DNA of 64,000 nt, taken from positions 26,148 to 90,147 of the forward strand of contig CAZYJD010000001.1 of assembly GCA_964647785.1 (NCBI GenBank), in the 5' to 3' direction. A program made the position numbers and the translations under genes. The DNA comes from an uncultured Chitinophagaceae bacterium (lineage in GTDB: Bacteria > Bacteroidota > Bacteroidia > NS11-12g > UBA9320). The notes under the pieces were generated by a model, which searched no databases, was not told the origin of the DNA, and saw only the letters and a list, made by a program, of their open reading frames with translations. Shown in pieces: positions 50,501-60,428 of this stretch (position 1 is its first letter; each line of letters starts with the position of its first letter).

Positions 50501-51304
50501 ATGAAACCCATGAAGCATCTGATCATTTTAATGGCATGTCTAAGTCTGGGAACAATAGAGGCCAACACCAGTGGAACTTTTCGTTATAGAACCCTTCAAA
50601 ACAATGCCTTTGGCTTCGGTGAAGAACTAAATTTCAGGGTTCACTATGGTTTCATCAATGCCGCCAACGTAAAAATAAAAGTAGGCACCCAACCGGTAAC
50701 CATTAATGATCGGCCTACCTACCACATTACCGCATTTGGAAAAACGCTTCCGTCATTTGACTGGGCCTACCGGGTTCGAGATCATTTCGAATCATACGTT
50801 GATATGGAAAGCATTGCGCCCCTCAAATACTTCAAATATGTGCAGGAAGACGATTACAAAGATGTAGACTTGGTCTATTATGATCACGCCGACCGTTCCT
50901 TGAGAGGTAAAAAACAGGACATGGACAATTTGCCTGAATACGTTCAGGATATCGTTTCTTCTATCTACTATGCACGCAATATCGACTTTAGAAATGCCAA
51001 ACCCGGTCAAAGCTGGCCCATCAATGTTTACCTGGATCAGAAAGTTTACCAGCTCGATTTCAAATTTATGGGAGAAGAAGTTGTTAAATCTGATGTCGGA
51101 AAAATCCGTTGTTATAAAATTAAACCAAGACTTGTGGTAGACCGGGTTTTCAAAGACGAAGATGATATGACGGTTTGGGTGAGTGCTGACCAGAACAAAT
51201 TACCCGTTCGCATTGAAACCGGTTTGTTTGTTGGGAGCATCCGATGTGATCTTACTTCATATAAAAACCTTAAAAACCCGCTTAGCTCTCTGGTGAAAAA
51301 ATAA
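50501..51304 (+). CDS. Secreted hypothetical protein (DUF3108-like)
   Basis: Signal peptide MKHLIILMACLSLGTIEA. Size and composition are typical of Bacteroidetes DUF3108 proteins. Assignment is from memory. Confidence 0.4.
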   Translation: MKPMKHLIILMACLSLGTIEANTSGTFRYRTLQNNAFGFGEELNFRVHYGFINAANVKIKVGTQPVTINDRPTYHITAFGKTLPSFDWAYRVRDHFESYVDMESIAPLKYFKYVQEDDYKDVDLVYYDHADRSLRGKKQDMDNLPEYVQDIVSSIYYARNIDFRNAKPGQSWPINVYLDQKVYQLDFKFMGEEVVKSDVGKIRCYKIKPRLVVDRVFKDEDDMTVWVSADQNKLPVRIETGLFVGSIRCDLTSYKNLKNPLSSLVKK

Positions 51305-51323
51305 CCTGAACGCTCACCGAAAC

Positions 51324-51773
51324 TTAGCTTCTCAATTTATCGAGCAAAGCATTCAGTTGTTTGCACTCTTTTTTACTTAGGTTGTATAACAGAGCATCCA
51401 TCTGGGTAGTTGATTCATTCATTGCTGAAAGCACCATTCTGCCTTTTTCAGTTAACTCAAGCACGCTTTTTCTTTTATCTTCTTTGCCTGATTTTTTAAT
51501 CACCCATCCCTTTTCAACGAGCCTGCCAATCATCCTACTCGTATCTGCTTGCTTATCGGGCATAGCCTCCTTAACACTGCCAATGGTTGCCGGCTCGTCA
51601 ACATGCCGCTCAATGCTCTTGAGGGTTTGGTATTGCTGCCAGGTCATGCCATGCTTTCGAATCAATTCCTCAATGGCATTCTGTAGCCATTGACTGCTAA
51701 ATAAAATATTCAGCATGGCCTTATGCCAAGGTGAATTGAATGCTTCAATACCCAATTCTTTTTTCAACTTCAT
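51324..51773 (-). CDS. MarR-family transcriptional regulator
   Basis: 149 aa with a winged HTH (TWQQYQTLKSIERHVDEPATIGSVKEAM...TSRMIGRLVEKGWVIK). Confidence 0.85.
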   Translation of the reverse strand: MKLKKELGIEAFNSPWHKAMLNILFSSQWLQNAIEELIRKHGMTWQQYQTLKSIERHVDEPATIGSVKEAMPDKQADTSRMIGRLVEKGWVIKKSGKEDKRKSVLELTEKGRMVLSAMNESTTQMDALLYNLSKKECKQLNALLDKLRS

Positions 51774-51831
51774 GGAACGAAGATAAGCCTAGCCACACCC
51801 TTTTTGCATTACTAAATGTTTAAACATGCAG

Positions 51832-53544
51832 CTATTTTAATCTTGCCCTTGTCTTGGCCACAAGCTTTTGCGATTTTAGTTCATACACCTCATCGCAATT
51901 GGCCAAGACATCAGCATGGTGACTCACTAAGACAATGGTTTTCCCCTCTTTAGCCAATGATTTCAGATTCATCATCACCTGCTGTTCTGTTGCTTTATCC
52001 AGAGCGTTGGTTATTTCATCCAACAAAAACAAACTCGCCCCTTTGTATAAGGCCCTTGCCAGTGCAATACGCTGCATCTGACCTCCGGAAACCATGGTGC
52101 CATGCTCTCCAACGGCGGTTTCTATGCCATCAGGCAAAGCCGTCACCCAATCTTTCAATTGACTTTTTTCAATGGCTGCCAGGAGTTTATTCTCATCAAC
52201 ACCATGGTATCGATCCGTAAAACCAATATTGATTGCAATGCTGTCATCAGACAAAAAAACTTTTTGTTCAACGTAAGCCACCATTTGGTGATAGTTTTTT
52301 ATTTGATCAGATGACAGCGGCTTTCCGTCAATGCTAATCTCTCCTGATACGGGTGGATACAATGCTGCCAAGATATGCAACAAGGTGCTCTTACCCCCAC
52401 CGGAAGAACCGGTTATTCCAATGATTTTGCCCTTGGGGATGATGAGATTCAAATCATTAAGAAGAGCCTGGTCTTGAGAGGGGTACCCAAAGCGAATGGA
52501 TTTAAGCCTGATCTCATTTTCAAACTCCAAAGGCGAAGCAACAGAGGTTTCTGGTTGAATGGAAGATTCAGCTGTTACCGGTTTTACAAAAAAGTCGAGT
52601 ACATACGAATTCAATTGCATTTGGCTGTATCCCCCTATGATGCGGTTGATACTCGGAATTATTCTAAAAGCGACCGCGCCGAAAACCGCAATGGTCATCA
52701 ACTGATTCTCTTCTCCTGAACTGAAATAAATGATCATGAACAAAGCGAGCACCGCGGTAAACTCCATTAACCTAAATGGCAAATGGGCATGACCAATGTT
52801 ATAAGTAATCTTAATGCGCTTAAACTGATCTAAGTACTCGGTAAAAAAACGAGCATGCCGCTCAAGAAGGCCATTCAGCAGTAACTCGCTATACGCTTGT
52901 AAATACTCAAAAGAGTTTCGCATCATCATCGCTTTTGTCTCGTTCATTTCTTTTGAGATGCGCTGGATTTTCCGGTGATTATAGTACAACAAAAAGAACG
53001 CAATAGGCATGATTCCGAGCAATAAGAACAAGCTGATTTGCGGATAAAACCACAAAAGAAGGAACAAAAGTCCTGTGAGAACCAAGAACTCCGCCAATAG
53101 TGAAACCGCAGGTATGAGCAAACCCTCAACAGCAACGAGCATTACCGAGTTCAATTCATGCAAGCTTTGAGGGGTGTTCTTGCGACTGAAAGCAGCCGGG
53201 CCTGCCAAAGCATAGCTCTGGTATTTCTTCATGCTCATCTCCAAACCGGATTGTTGCAACCTTTTAAGTAGTTCATTTTGAATGACCAAATTGAACACCG
53301 CCTTTAAGAAGAAAATCAGGGCCAATAAGGGTATGGTCTCTTCCGGCTTCCAAACTTTTCCAGCGTATTCAATGAGGCCACTCGTGCTTTTTTGAAGAAA
53401 AACAACCAATAATGATAAGGCCGAAACATCAAGTATGGCCGCAACAGCTGTTAAAAAAACCAGGAAAAACAACACGCTTTTGCTCAGAGGTATCTCCGCG
53501 CGATAGAGCTTGCCCAGCAAACGTATTAAAACACTGTCTTTCAA
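51832..53544 (-). CDS. ABC exporter, fused permease-ATPase (MsbA-like)
   Basis: Six-TM N-terminal domain. Walker A GSSGGGKST. Signature SGGQMQRIALARAL. Walker B LFLLDE. Confidence 0.9.
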   Translation of the reverse strand: MKDSVLIRLLGKLYRAEIPLSKSVLFFLVFLTAVAAILDVSALSLLVVFLQKSTSGLIEYAGKVWKPEETIPLLALIFFLKAVFNLVIQNELLKRLQQSGLEMSMKKYQSYALAGPAAFSRKNTPQSLHELNSVMLVAVEGLLIPAVSLLAEFLVLTGLLFLLLWFYPQISLFLLLGIMPIAFFLLYYNHRKIQRISKEMNETKAMMMRNSFEYLQAYSELLLNGLLERHARFFTEYLDQFKRIKITYNIGHAHLPFRLMEFTAVLALFMIIYFSSGEENQLMTIAVFGAVAFRIIPSINRIIGGYSQMQLNSYVLDFFVKPVTAESSIQPETSVASPLEFENEIRLKSIRFGYPSQDQALLNDLNLIIPKGKIIGITGSSGGGKSTLLHILAALYPPVSGEISIDGKPLSSDQIKNYHQMVAYVEQKVFLSDDSIAINIGFTDRYHGVDENKLLAAIEKSQLKDWVTALPDGIETAVGEHGTMVSGGQMQRIALARALYKGASLFLLDEITNALDKATEQQVMMNLKSLAKEGKTIVLVSHHADVLANCDEVYELKSQKLVAKTRARLK

Positions 53545-53547
53545 AGA

Positions 53548-54408
53548 CTATTTTATCTGTTGCAACAGGTAATCTCCATAACCACTCTTCTTGAGAGGTT
53601 CTGCGAGCTTTCTGAGTTGATCTGCATCGATGAATTTCATACGATAGGCCACTTCTTCTATGCATCCTATTTTCAGCCCTTGCCGCTGCTCTATGACCTG
53701 AACAAAGGTTCCGGCCTGCATGAGGCTATTGAATGTTCCGGTATCGAGCCAGGCCGTTCCGCGCTTCAATATCCCAACTTTGAGTTTCTGTCGTCGGAGG
53801 TACTCTTTATTCACATCGGTAATTTCATATTCGCCACGTGCCGAGGGTTGGAGGTTTTTAGCAATTTCGATCACCTCATTGTCGTAGAAATACAAGCCGG
53901 GCACAGCGTAATTGGATTTTGGCTTAGCGGGCTTTTCTTCAATCGATAAAGCATTCATCTCCTCATCAAAGTCAACCACCCCATATCGCTCAGGGTCAGA
54001 AACATGGTAGGCAAAAATGACTCCTCCGTTGGGGTTTCTGTTCTCGAGTAGCAAGTCTTGCAGCTCTAAGCCGAAGAAAATATTGTCTCCGAGAATCAAA
54101 GCCACCTTGTCATCGCCTATGAAGTCTTCCCCTATCACAAAGGCCTGAGCAAGTCCGTTGGGCACTTCCTGAACCGCATAGCTAAATTTACATCCGAGCT
54201 GGCTTCCATCACCCAAAAGTTTTTCGAAATTTGGTAAATCGTGAGGGGTAGAAATGATCAGAATCTCATTGATACCGGCCATCATTAAAGTTGATAACGG
54301 GTAATAAACCATGGGCTTATCATACACCGGCATCATTTGTTTGCTCATGGCCAGTGTAAGCGGATGAAGTCGTGTGCCGGACCCACCGGCCAAAATAATT
54401 CCTTTCAT
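53548..54408 (-). CDS. rfbA: Glucose-1-phosphate thymidylyltransferase
   Basis: [18 protein letters not shown]...[18 protein letters not shown]. Confidence 0.95.
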   Translation of the reverse strand: MKGIILAGGSGTRLHPLTLAMSKQMMPVYDKPMVYYPLSTLMMAGINEILIISTPHDLPNFEKLLGDGSQLGCKFSYAVQEVPNGLAQAFVIGEDFIGDDKVALILGDNIFFGLELQDLLLENRNPNGGVIFAYHVSDPERYGVVDFDEEMNALSIEEKPAKPKSNYAVPGLYFYDNEVIEIAKNLQPSARGEYEITDVNKEYLRRQKLKVGILKRGTAWLDTGTFNSLMQAGTFVQVIEQRQGLKIGCIEEVAYRMKFIDADQLRKLAEPLKKSGYGDYLLQQIK

Positions 54409-54418
54409 TTTTTTAGTT

Positions 54419-55465
54419 TTATCTGTTCTGGTATAACCGATCATAATACTGCATGTAAGCACCGCTAGTTACATGCTCGAGCCATTCTCCATTTTTTAAA
54501 TACCAATCGATGGTTTTTTCCAGTCCTTCTTCAAATTCTAATGAGGGGGTCCAACCCAACTCATTCATCAATTTGCTGCTATCAATCGCATAGCGGAAAT
54601 CATGGCCCTGTCGGTCGGTTACATAGCTAATGAGCTTAGCAGAGCTGCCCTGTTCTCTTCCAAGTTTTCGATCCATGATGCTGCACATTAAGTGTATCAG
54701 GTCAATGTTCTTCCATTCGTTGTTCCCACCGATGTTGTAAGTCTCTCCCGATTTGCCTTGATGGAAAATGACATCAATGGCACGGGCATGGTCGTTTACC
54801 CACAGCCAATCGCGCACATTTTCACCCTTGCCATAAACCGGCAAAGGCTTGTTGTTTTTAATGTTGTTGATGAACAATGGAATGAGTTTCTCCGGAAATT
54901 GATGGGAACCGTAATTGTTTGAACAGTTGGATAACACCACTTTCAAACCATAGGTTTCATGATAAGCGCGCACAAAATGATCAGAGGCCGCTTTGGATGC
55001 TGAGTAGGGGGAGTTGGGATGATAGGGGGTCTGCTCAGTAAATTTCCCTTCTTCTCCCAGTGCCCCATACACTTCATCGGTAGAAACATGATAGAAAATT
55101 CCATTGCGAGCAGCTGCCTTTTCTCGAAATGCCTGCAACAAAATAACCGTACCCAACACATTGGTTTCAACAAACTCCAGCGGGTTGAGGATTGAGCGAT
55201 CAACATGCGACTCTGCCGCGAGATGAATCACCGAATCAATGGGATGGGTATTAAAAATCGCTTCGATTTCAGTCCGATTGGTAATGTCTGCCTTGATGAA
55301 GGTGTAGTTGGATTTGCCCTCCACGTCGCGCAGGTTTTCGAGGTTACCAGCATACGTGAGTTTATCGAGATTGTAAAGATGATAGTCGGGGTAGGTGTTT
55401 ACCATGTGCCGAACTACGTGCGAGCCTATGAAACCCGCCCCACCTGTGATTAAAATATGTCGCAT
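54419..55465 (-). CDS. rfbB: dTDP-glucose 4,6-dehydratase
   Basis: [13 protein letters not shown] Rossmann motif and the YSASKAASD catalytic YxxxK. Confidence 0.95.
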   Translation of the reverse strand: MRHILITGGAGFIGSHVVRHMVNTYPDYHLYNLDKLTYAGNLENLRDVEGKSNYTFIKADITNRTEIEAIFNTHPIDSVIHLAAESHVDRSILNPLEFVETNVLGTVILLQAFREKAAARNGIFYHVSTDEVYGALGEEGKFTEQTPYHPNSPYSASKAASDHFVRAYHETYGLKVVLSNCSNNYGSHQFPEKLIPLFINNIKNNKPLPVYGKGENVRDWLWVNDHARAIDVIFHQGKSGETYNIGGNNEWKNIDLIHLMCSIMDRKLGREQGSSAKLISYVTDRQGHDFRYAIDSSKLMNELGWTPSLEFEEGLEKTIDWYLKNGEWLEHVTSGAYMQYYDRLYQNR

Positions 55466-55466
55466 T

Positions 55467-55871
55467 TTATAGTTGTTCTACCCGAATAAGTTTGATGTCA
55501 AAAATAAGTGTTGTGTTGGGCGGAATGACTCCCTGGTACCCCCTTTTTCCATAGGCCAAGTGTGGGGGGATGATAAAACGGTAAAAGCTTCCCTCTTTCA
55601 TGAGTCGAATGCCTTCTTCCCATCCGCTTATGACTTCTCCACGACCACTAACAAATGTAAATACCCCATCAGATTGATCAAACACAGTTCCGTCTTCAAA
55701 ATATCCGATGTATTGTACGTGAATCTTTCGGTTGGCGTAAACCCTTTCTCCTTCTCCCACTTTCATGGGTATGTATACCATTCCGCTCGAGGTTCGCAGG
55801 GTATCACCGGGATCTGCAAATGCGCCCGCCGAAACTCCGAAGAATAAGATCAAAAACAATATCCTTTTCAC
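55467..55871 (-). CDS. FKBP-type peptidyl-prolyl cis-trans isomerase, secreted
   Basis: Signal peptide. FKBP domain (VHVQYIGYFEDGTVFDQS...GEVISGWEEG...PPHLAYG). Confidence 0.9.
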   Translation of the reverse strand: MKRILFLILFFGVSAGAFADPGDTLRTSSGMVYIPMKVGEGERVYANRKIHVQYIGYFEDGTVFDQSDGVFTFVSGRGEVISGWEEGIRLMKEGSFYRFIIPPHLAYGKRGYQGVIPPNTTLIFDIKLIRVEQL

Positions 55872-56713
55872 TGCTTTTCTGCTTGAATTTCAATTTCTGA
55901 AACAATGGTGGTGTATGGGGGAATATAGGCGCTACCTCTTTCTCCCAGGGCGTGTTCAAATGGAATAATGGCTCTTACCTTATCTCCGTAATGGCACAAA
56001 GTTAAAAGCCTGCTGAGACCCGGTATGTGTTGCTGGCTTCCCACCTTAAAACCCACCCAATCATCGGGATTTGAACGGGCAATCATTTTTCCTTCCAGGG
56101 TTTGATAGTGGTATTTCATTCGTATGCTATCACCAACAGAAATAGCACGGCTCAGGCTGTCTTGCTTCATCCATTCAAACTTGATGCCGGTGAGCGTGTC
56201 AGTTACAACCGTCCACTTTTTTTCTTCAATGAATGATTCCATTTGTTCCAGCTCAAACTCAAACATGGTCATTTTATGCTGATAAGGGTTCATGATGTCC
56301 TTCACACGAACAAAAAATCTGATTTCATCATCAGGCTTAAGGTAAGTAGGAAGACCGAGCTTAAATGATCGGTTGTAAAAAGAATCAGCCACAATTTTAA
56401 ATGCCATGCTATCGCCAACATGCATCAAAGACAAGGCATGGTGAAAATCGCCCGGATAAACTTCCTCATTTCGCTCGAACTTCAGTTTCCGACCCAATTG
56501 TCGGGTATCCAGAAAAACAGAATCGTCCGGACGCATGGCTTGCACTTCCAACAGATAAATATCTCCTTTCTCTCCGGCCTTTCCATCTTCGGCTCTTTCG
56601 TAGAAGTGATACTGCAATCCTTTTTCGCTGGTTTGGTACGTTACTTTCTTTTGGCAGGAGATACCTGCCAACAAAAGAAGAGCCTGAGTGCTCACAAGTA
56701 ATGATTTCTTCAT
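55868..56713 (-). CDS. FKBP-type PPIase lipoprotein with an N-terminal extension (GldI-like; speculative)
   Basis: Lipoprotein signal MKKSLLVSTQALLLLAGISC. C-terminal FKBP fold (IRMKYHYQTLEGKMIARSNPDDWVGFKVGSQQHIPGL...IPFEHALGERG). Confidence 0.75.
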   Translation of the reverse strand: MKKSLLVSTQALLLLAGISCQKKVTYQTSEKGLQYHFYERAEDGKAGEKGDIYLLEVQAMRPDDSVFLDTRQLGRKLKFERNEEVYPGDFHHALSLMHVGDSMAFKIVADSFYNRSFKLGLPTYLKPDDEIRFFVRVKDIMNPYQHKMTMFEFELEQMESFIEEKKWTVVTDTLTGIKFEWMKQDSLSRAISVGDSIRMKYHYQTLEGKMIARSNPDDWVGFKVGSQQHIPGLSRLLTLCHYGDKVRAIIPFEHALGERGSAYIPPYTTIVSEIEIQAEKQ

Positions 56714-57732
56714 GATGCCAATATTTTATCCTTATAAACGGGCAATAACTCAAGAAATTTTTGGGTGGTTTCTTCCAAGCTCATTTCACTTGCCCCACCA
56801 GAAGCGTTCAGATGGCCGCCTCCATTGAAGTGCTCTGAGGCAAACTCGTTGCATGCAAATGTTCCCTGTGAGCGAAATGACATTTTTACCAGCTTGGTGC
56901 GATCGATGATTAAGACAGAAAACACCACCCCATCGATGCCAAGTCCGAAATTGACAAAACCTTCAGTATCTCCTGTTTGAACATCAAATTCTTGCAATTC
57001 TTCTCGGCTGAGGGTCACCAATGCTGTTTTGTATTCTTCAAACACCTGTAGCTTTTTGTACAAGACATAGCCCATCAAACGGCTCCTTTTTAGGCTAAAG
57101 TGGTCATACACCCTTTGGTGAGCAAGAGCGTGATCCATCCCGGTATCAATGAGATGAGCTACTTTTCGGTGGGTAGAGGCCCCTGCGCTGTTGAAACGAA
57201 AAGATCCGGTATCAGTCATCATGCCCGTGTACAAACAGTTTGCAACATGCTTATCAACCAAATGAAGCCAACCGCCAGCCTCGATAAAATCAAAGATCAA
57301 CTCCGCCGTGCTGCTGGTATCGATGGTCCAAAGGCGGTAGTCTTCAAACCCTTTGGGCTCGCGATGATGATCAATGAGGATTTTGGTGGCTTTTGATTCT
57401 CGCACAACATCCCCGAATTCATTGATTCTGCTAAGATCATTAAAATCCAAACAAAAAATCATGTCGGCTTCATGTGCAAGGGTAGATGCCTGATCTTCAT
57501 GTCCTTCATAAATCAGCACCTCTTCATGTCCGGGAAGCCAATGAAGAAAAACAGCATAATCGGAGGGCGTAATCACTCGAACGCTATGCCCAAGTTTTTC
57601 GAGTATTGCGTACAAGGCCAAACTCGAACCCATTGCATCGCCATCCGGCTTATGGTGGGTGGTGATCACTATCTTGAGCGGTGCTTGCTGCTCGAGTTGA
57701 TGATAAATAAGGCTAAGTTCGTTTTGTGACAT
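56710..57732 (-). CDS. nrnA: DHH-family phosphoesterase (NrnA-like oligoribonuclease/pAp phosphatase)
   Basis: DHH motifs ITTHHKPDGDAMGS and DHH. Confidence 0.85.
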   Translation of the reverse strand: MSQNELSLIYHQLEQQAPLKIVITTHHKPDGDAMGSSLALYAILEKLGHSVRVITPSDYAVFLHWLPGHEEVLIYEGHEDQASTLAHEADMIFCLDFNDLSRINEFGDVVRESKATKILIDHHREPKGFEDYRLWTIDTSSTAELIFDFIEAGGWLHLVDKHVANCLYTGMMTDTGSFRFNSAGASTHRKVAHLIDTGMDHALAHQRVYDHFSLKRSRLMGYVLYKKLQVFEEYKTALVTLSREELQEFDVQTGDTEGFVNFGLGIDGVVFSVLIIDRTKLVKMSFRSQGTFACNEFASEHFNGGGHLNASGGASEMSLEETTQKFLELLPVYKDKILAS

Positions 57733-57807
57733 CTGAATTTTCTGTCAAAGGTCGTAAAAATGGGGCGATCCCTCTATTTTTGCCGCTGTTTTTAGAAACA
57801 AGCCATC

Positions 57808-58227
57808 ATGACAGGAAACATCACATTCACCATTATCAAGCCTGATGCCGTTGCCAACGGTCATACAGGAAAAGTTATTGACGACATCATTGCAGGAGGT
57901 TTTGGCATCGTTGCCATGAAGTACATGAAACTGAGCCAAGAACAAGCCGGTGCATTCTATGCCGTTCACAAGGAAAGACCTTTTTACAACGATCTCGTTT
58001 CATTCATGACCTCAGGTCCTGTGATTGTCGCAGTTTTGAGCAAAGAAAACGCTGTTGCGGATTTCAGAAACCTCATTGGTGCAACAGACCCAAGCAAAGC
58101 CGAAGCAGGAACGATTCGTGCAAAATATGCCAAAAGCATCGACGCCAATGCCATCCACGGATCGGATAGCGACGAGAATGCTGCTATTGAAGCATCTTTC
58201 TTTTTCTCTGCCATCGAGCGTTTCTAA
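57808..58227 (+). CDS. ndk: Nucleoside diphosphate kinase
   Basis: FTIIKPDAV...NAIHGSDS (active-site His). Confidence 0.97.
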   Translation: MTGNITFTIIKPDAVANGHTGKVIDDIIAGGFGIVAMKYMKLSQEQAGAFYAVHKERPFYNDLVSFMTSGPVIVAVLSKENAVADFRNLIGATDPSKAEAGTIRAKYAKSIDANAIHGSDSDENAAIEASFFFSAIERF

Positions 58228-58251
58228 TCTTTGATCGACAAAATATCAGCA

Positions 58252-58277
58252 AGGGGGCCTTTTTGGCCCCTTTTTTG
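58252..58277 (+). terminator. Rho-independent terminator after ndk
   Basis: agggggcctttttggcccc followed by ttttttg. Confidence 0.8.
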
Positions 58278-58337
58278 TTCTAATAGCTGTGGCTTTTAAT
58301 AAAGCCCTTATTTTCGAAGACTGAGACTCAAAACAGA

Positions 58338-60428
58338 ATGTGGATGAATATAAAAAAGACGTTGGCCATTATCGTTCCATTGGCGCTTATTGGAACCGGA
58401 TTCTATTTCAAAAAACTAGAAAAAAACGATGAAATTCTGGTTCGCGCCATTTTCGAAAACCTCAAAAATTTTCATTACAGTCCGCCAACCATTGACGATG
58501 AATTTTCCAAAAAAGCTTTTGGCGAGTACGTAAAAAACATAGACAACAATAAGCGTTTTCTACTTCAAGAGGATATTGATTACCTCAACAAGTATCAGCT
58601 CTTTATTGATGATATGATTCAAAGTGGCACTTACTCACTCATGGATGAGATGTCAGATATCATGAAAAAACGTATCGATCTCTGTGAATCTTTTGCTGAC
58701 GAAATTTTATCGAGCCCTTTTGATTTTGAGCGCAATGAATCCGTTGACTTTGGCGAAGATTTACCCTGGGCAAAAAATGAAAAGGAGTTGAAAGAAAGAT
58801 GGCGCAAATTTTTGAAATACAGCACCATGACCCGCTTGGCATCCTACCTTAAAACACAAGAAGATGCCCAAGCTCAAAACGATAGCAGCGTTCGCATTCA
58901 ACCTTACGATTCACTCGAAGCAAAGGCAAGAAAAATGGTGGCTCAAAACCAAACAGATTGGTTCAAACGGTTAAGAAAAATGGACCGCAAAGACCAAATG
59001 AATATTTATCTAAACTCTCTTACTTCCCTGTTCGACCCTCACACCAACTACTTTCCCCCGAGCGATAAAGACAACTTTGACATCGGGATTACCGGAAGGT
59101 TGGAAGGGATTGGCGCACGTCTGCAAGAAAAAGATGGCTACATTCAAATAGTGGATGTTGTTCCCGGCGGACCGGCAGCCATGCAAGGCGAATTGAAAGC
59201 GAAAGACATCATTTTAAAAGTTGCACAAGAAAATGAAGAAGCCGTAGAAATTGTTGATTGGAAAATTGACAATGCCGTAAAAATTATCAGAGGACCAAAA
59301 GGCTCGGTGGTAACACTCACGGTTAAAAGCCCTGACGGGATAATCAAAGATATTGCCATTACACGCGATGTGGTTGTTTTGGAAGAGACCTATGTCAAAT
59401 CATCGGTTATGATGGATGATGATCAAGTGAAAATTGGTTACATCTATCTCCCCGGATTCTATACCGATTTCACCGGAAATGGTGGAAGAACCAGCTATCA
59501 GGATGTAAAAAATGAGCTGATTAAACTCAAAGAAGAAGGGGTTGAAGCCATTGTTTTCGACCTGAGAAACAACGGTGGAGGAAGTTTGCAAGATGTAGTG
59601 GATATGGCAGGCTTATTCATTGATAAGGGCCCTATTGTGCAGGTAAAATCGAGATTTGGATCGCCCTATGTTATGAGCGACAAAAACAGAGGCATACTCT
59701 GGGATGGTCCATTGGTTGTGATGGTGAATGAGTTCAGTGCGTCTGCATCTGAAATTTTTGCAGCTGCCTTGCAAGATTACGGTCGTGCATTGGTTGTGGG
59801 GTCACATACCACCCATGGAAAAGGAACAGTGCAACGATTCATCAACCTGAATGAAACACTTAGAAGCCCTGATGCCCAAGACTTGGGGGCCATTAAAGTT
59901 ACCATGCAGAAGTTTTATCGCATCAACGGTGGTGCCACCCAACTCAAAGGAGTTACACCTGATATCATCTGGACCGACAACTACACCTACATACCCACGG
60001 GCGAAAAGGAACAAGATTTTCCACTGCAATGGGATCAGATTGAACAAGCAGAATATGAGAAACTCAGTGGCTATCTGACAAAAATGGATGCCATTAAAAA
60101 GAAAAGCGCCGCAAGAACCTCCGGATCTGATATTTTCAACGCCTTTGAGGAAAACGCTCAGCGATGGAAAGCGCAAAGCGAAAGGGATGCGTTTCCACTC
60201 AAATTAAGTGAATACCGTAAGGATTTAGAGAACAGAGAAAAGGTGAACAAGCAGTTTGAAGAAAAAATAAAACCCATTGAGGCCTTCGATTTGAAAGTGC
60301 TAAAGTCTGATCTTAAAGACATTGAATCTGATAGTCTCAAATTGAAGCGCATGAATGACTGGCATAAGGGCCTGAAAAAGGATGTTTACCTTTACGAAAC
60401 CCTACAGGTTGCTGAGGACTTACTGTAA
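58338..60428 (+). CDS. Carboxy-terminal processing (tail-specific) protease, family S41
   Basis: PDZ region (GPAAMQGELKAKDIILKV). S41 catalytic region (DLRNNGGGSLQDVVDMAGLF; ...SASASEIFA). 696 aa. Confidence 0.9.
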   Translation: MWMNIKKTLAIIVPLALIGTGFYFKKLEKNDEILVRAIFENLKNFHYSPPTIDDEFSKKAFGEYVKNIDNNKRFLLQEDIDYLNKYQLFIDDMIQSGTYSLMDEMSDIMKKRIDLCESFADEILSSPFDFERNESVDFGEDLPWAKNEKELKERWRKFLKYSTMTRLASYLKTQEDAQAQNDSSVRIQPYDSLEAKARKMVAQNQTDWFKRLRKMDRKDQMNIYLNSLTSLFDPHTNYFPPSDKDNFDIGITGRLEGIGARLQEKDGYIQIVDVVPGGPAAMQGELKAKDIILKVAQENEEAVEIVDWKIDNAVKIIRGPKGSVVTLTVKSPDGIIKDIAITRDVVVLEETYVKSSVMMDDDQVKIGYIYLPGFYTDFTGNGGRTSYQDVKNELIKLKEEGVEAIVFDLRNNGGGSLQDVVDMAGLFIDKGPIVQVKSRFGSPYVMSDKNRGILWDGPLVVMVNEFSASASEIFAAALQDYGRALVVGSHTTHGKGTVQRFINLNETLRSPDAQDLGAIKVTMQKFYRINGGATQLKGVTPDIIWTDNYTYIPTGEKEQDFPLQWDQIEQAEYEKLSGYLTKMDAIKKKSAARTSGSDIFNAFEENAQRWKAQSERDAFPLKLSEYRKDLENREKVNKQFEEKIKPIEAFDLKVLKSDLKDIESDSLKLKRMNDWHKGLKKDVYLYETLQVAEDLL

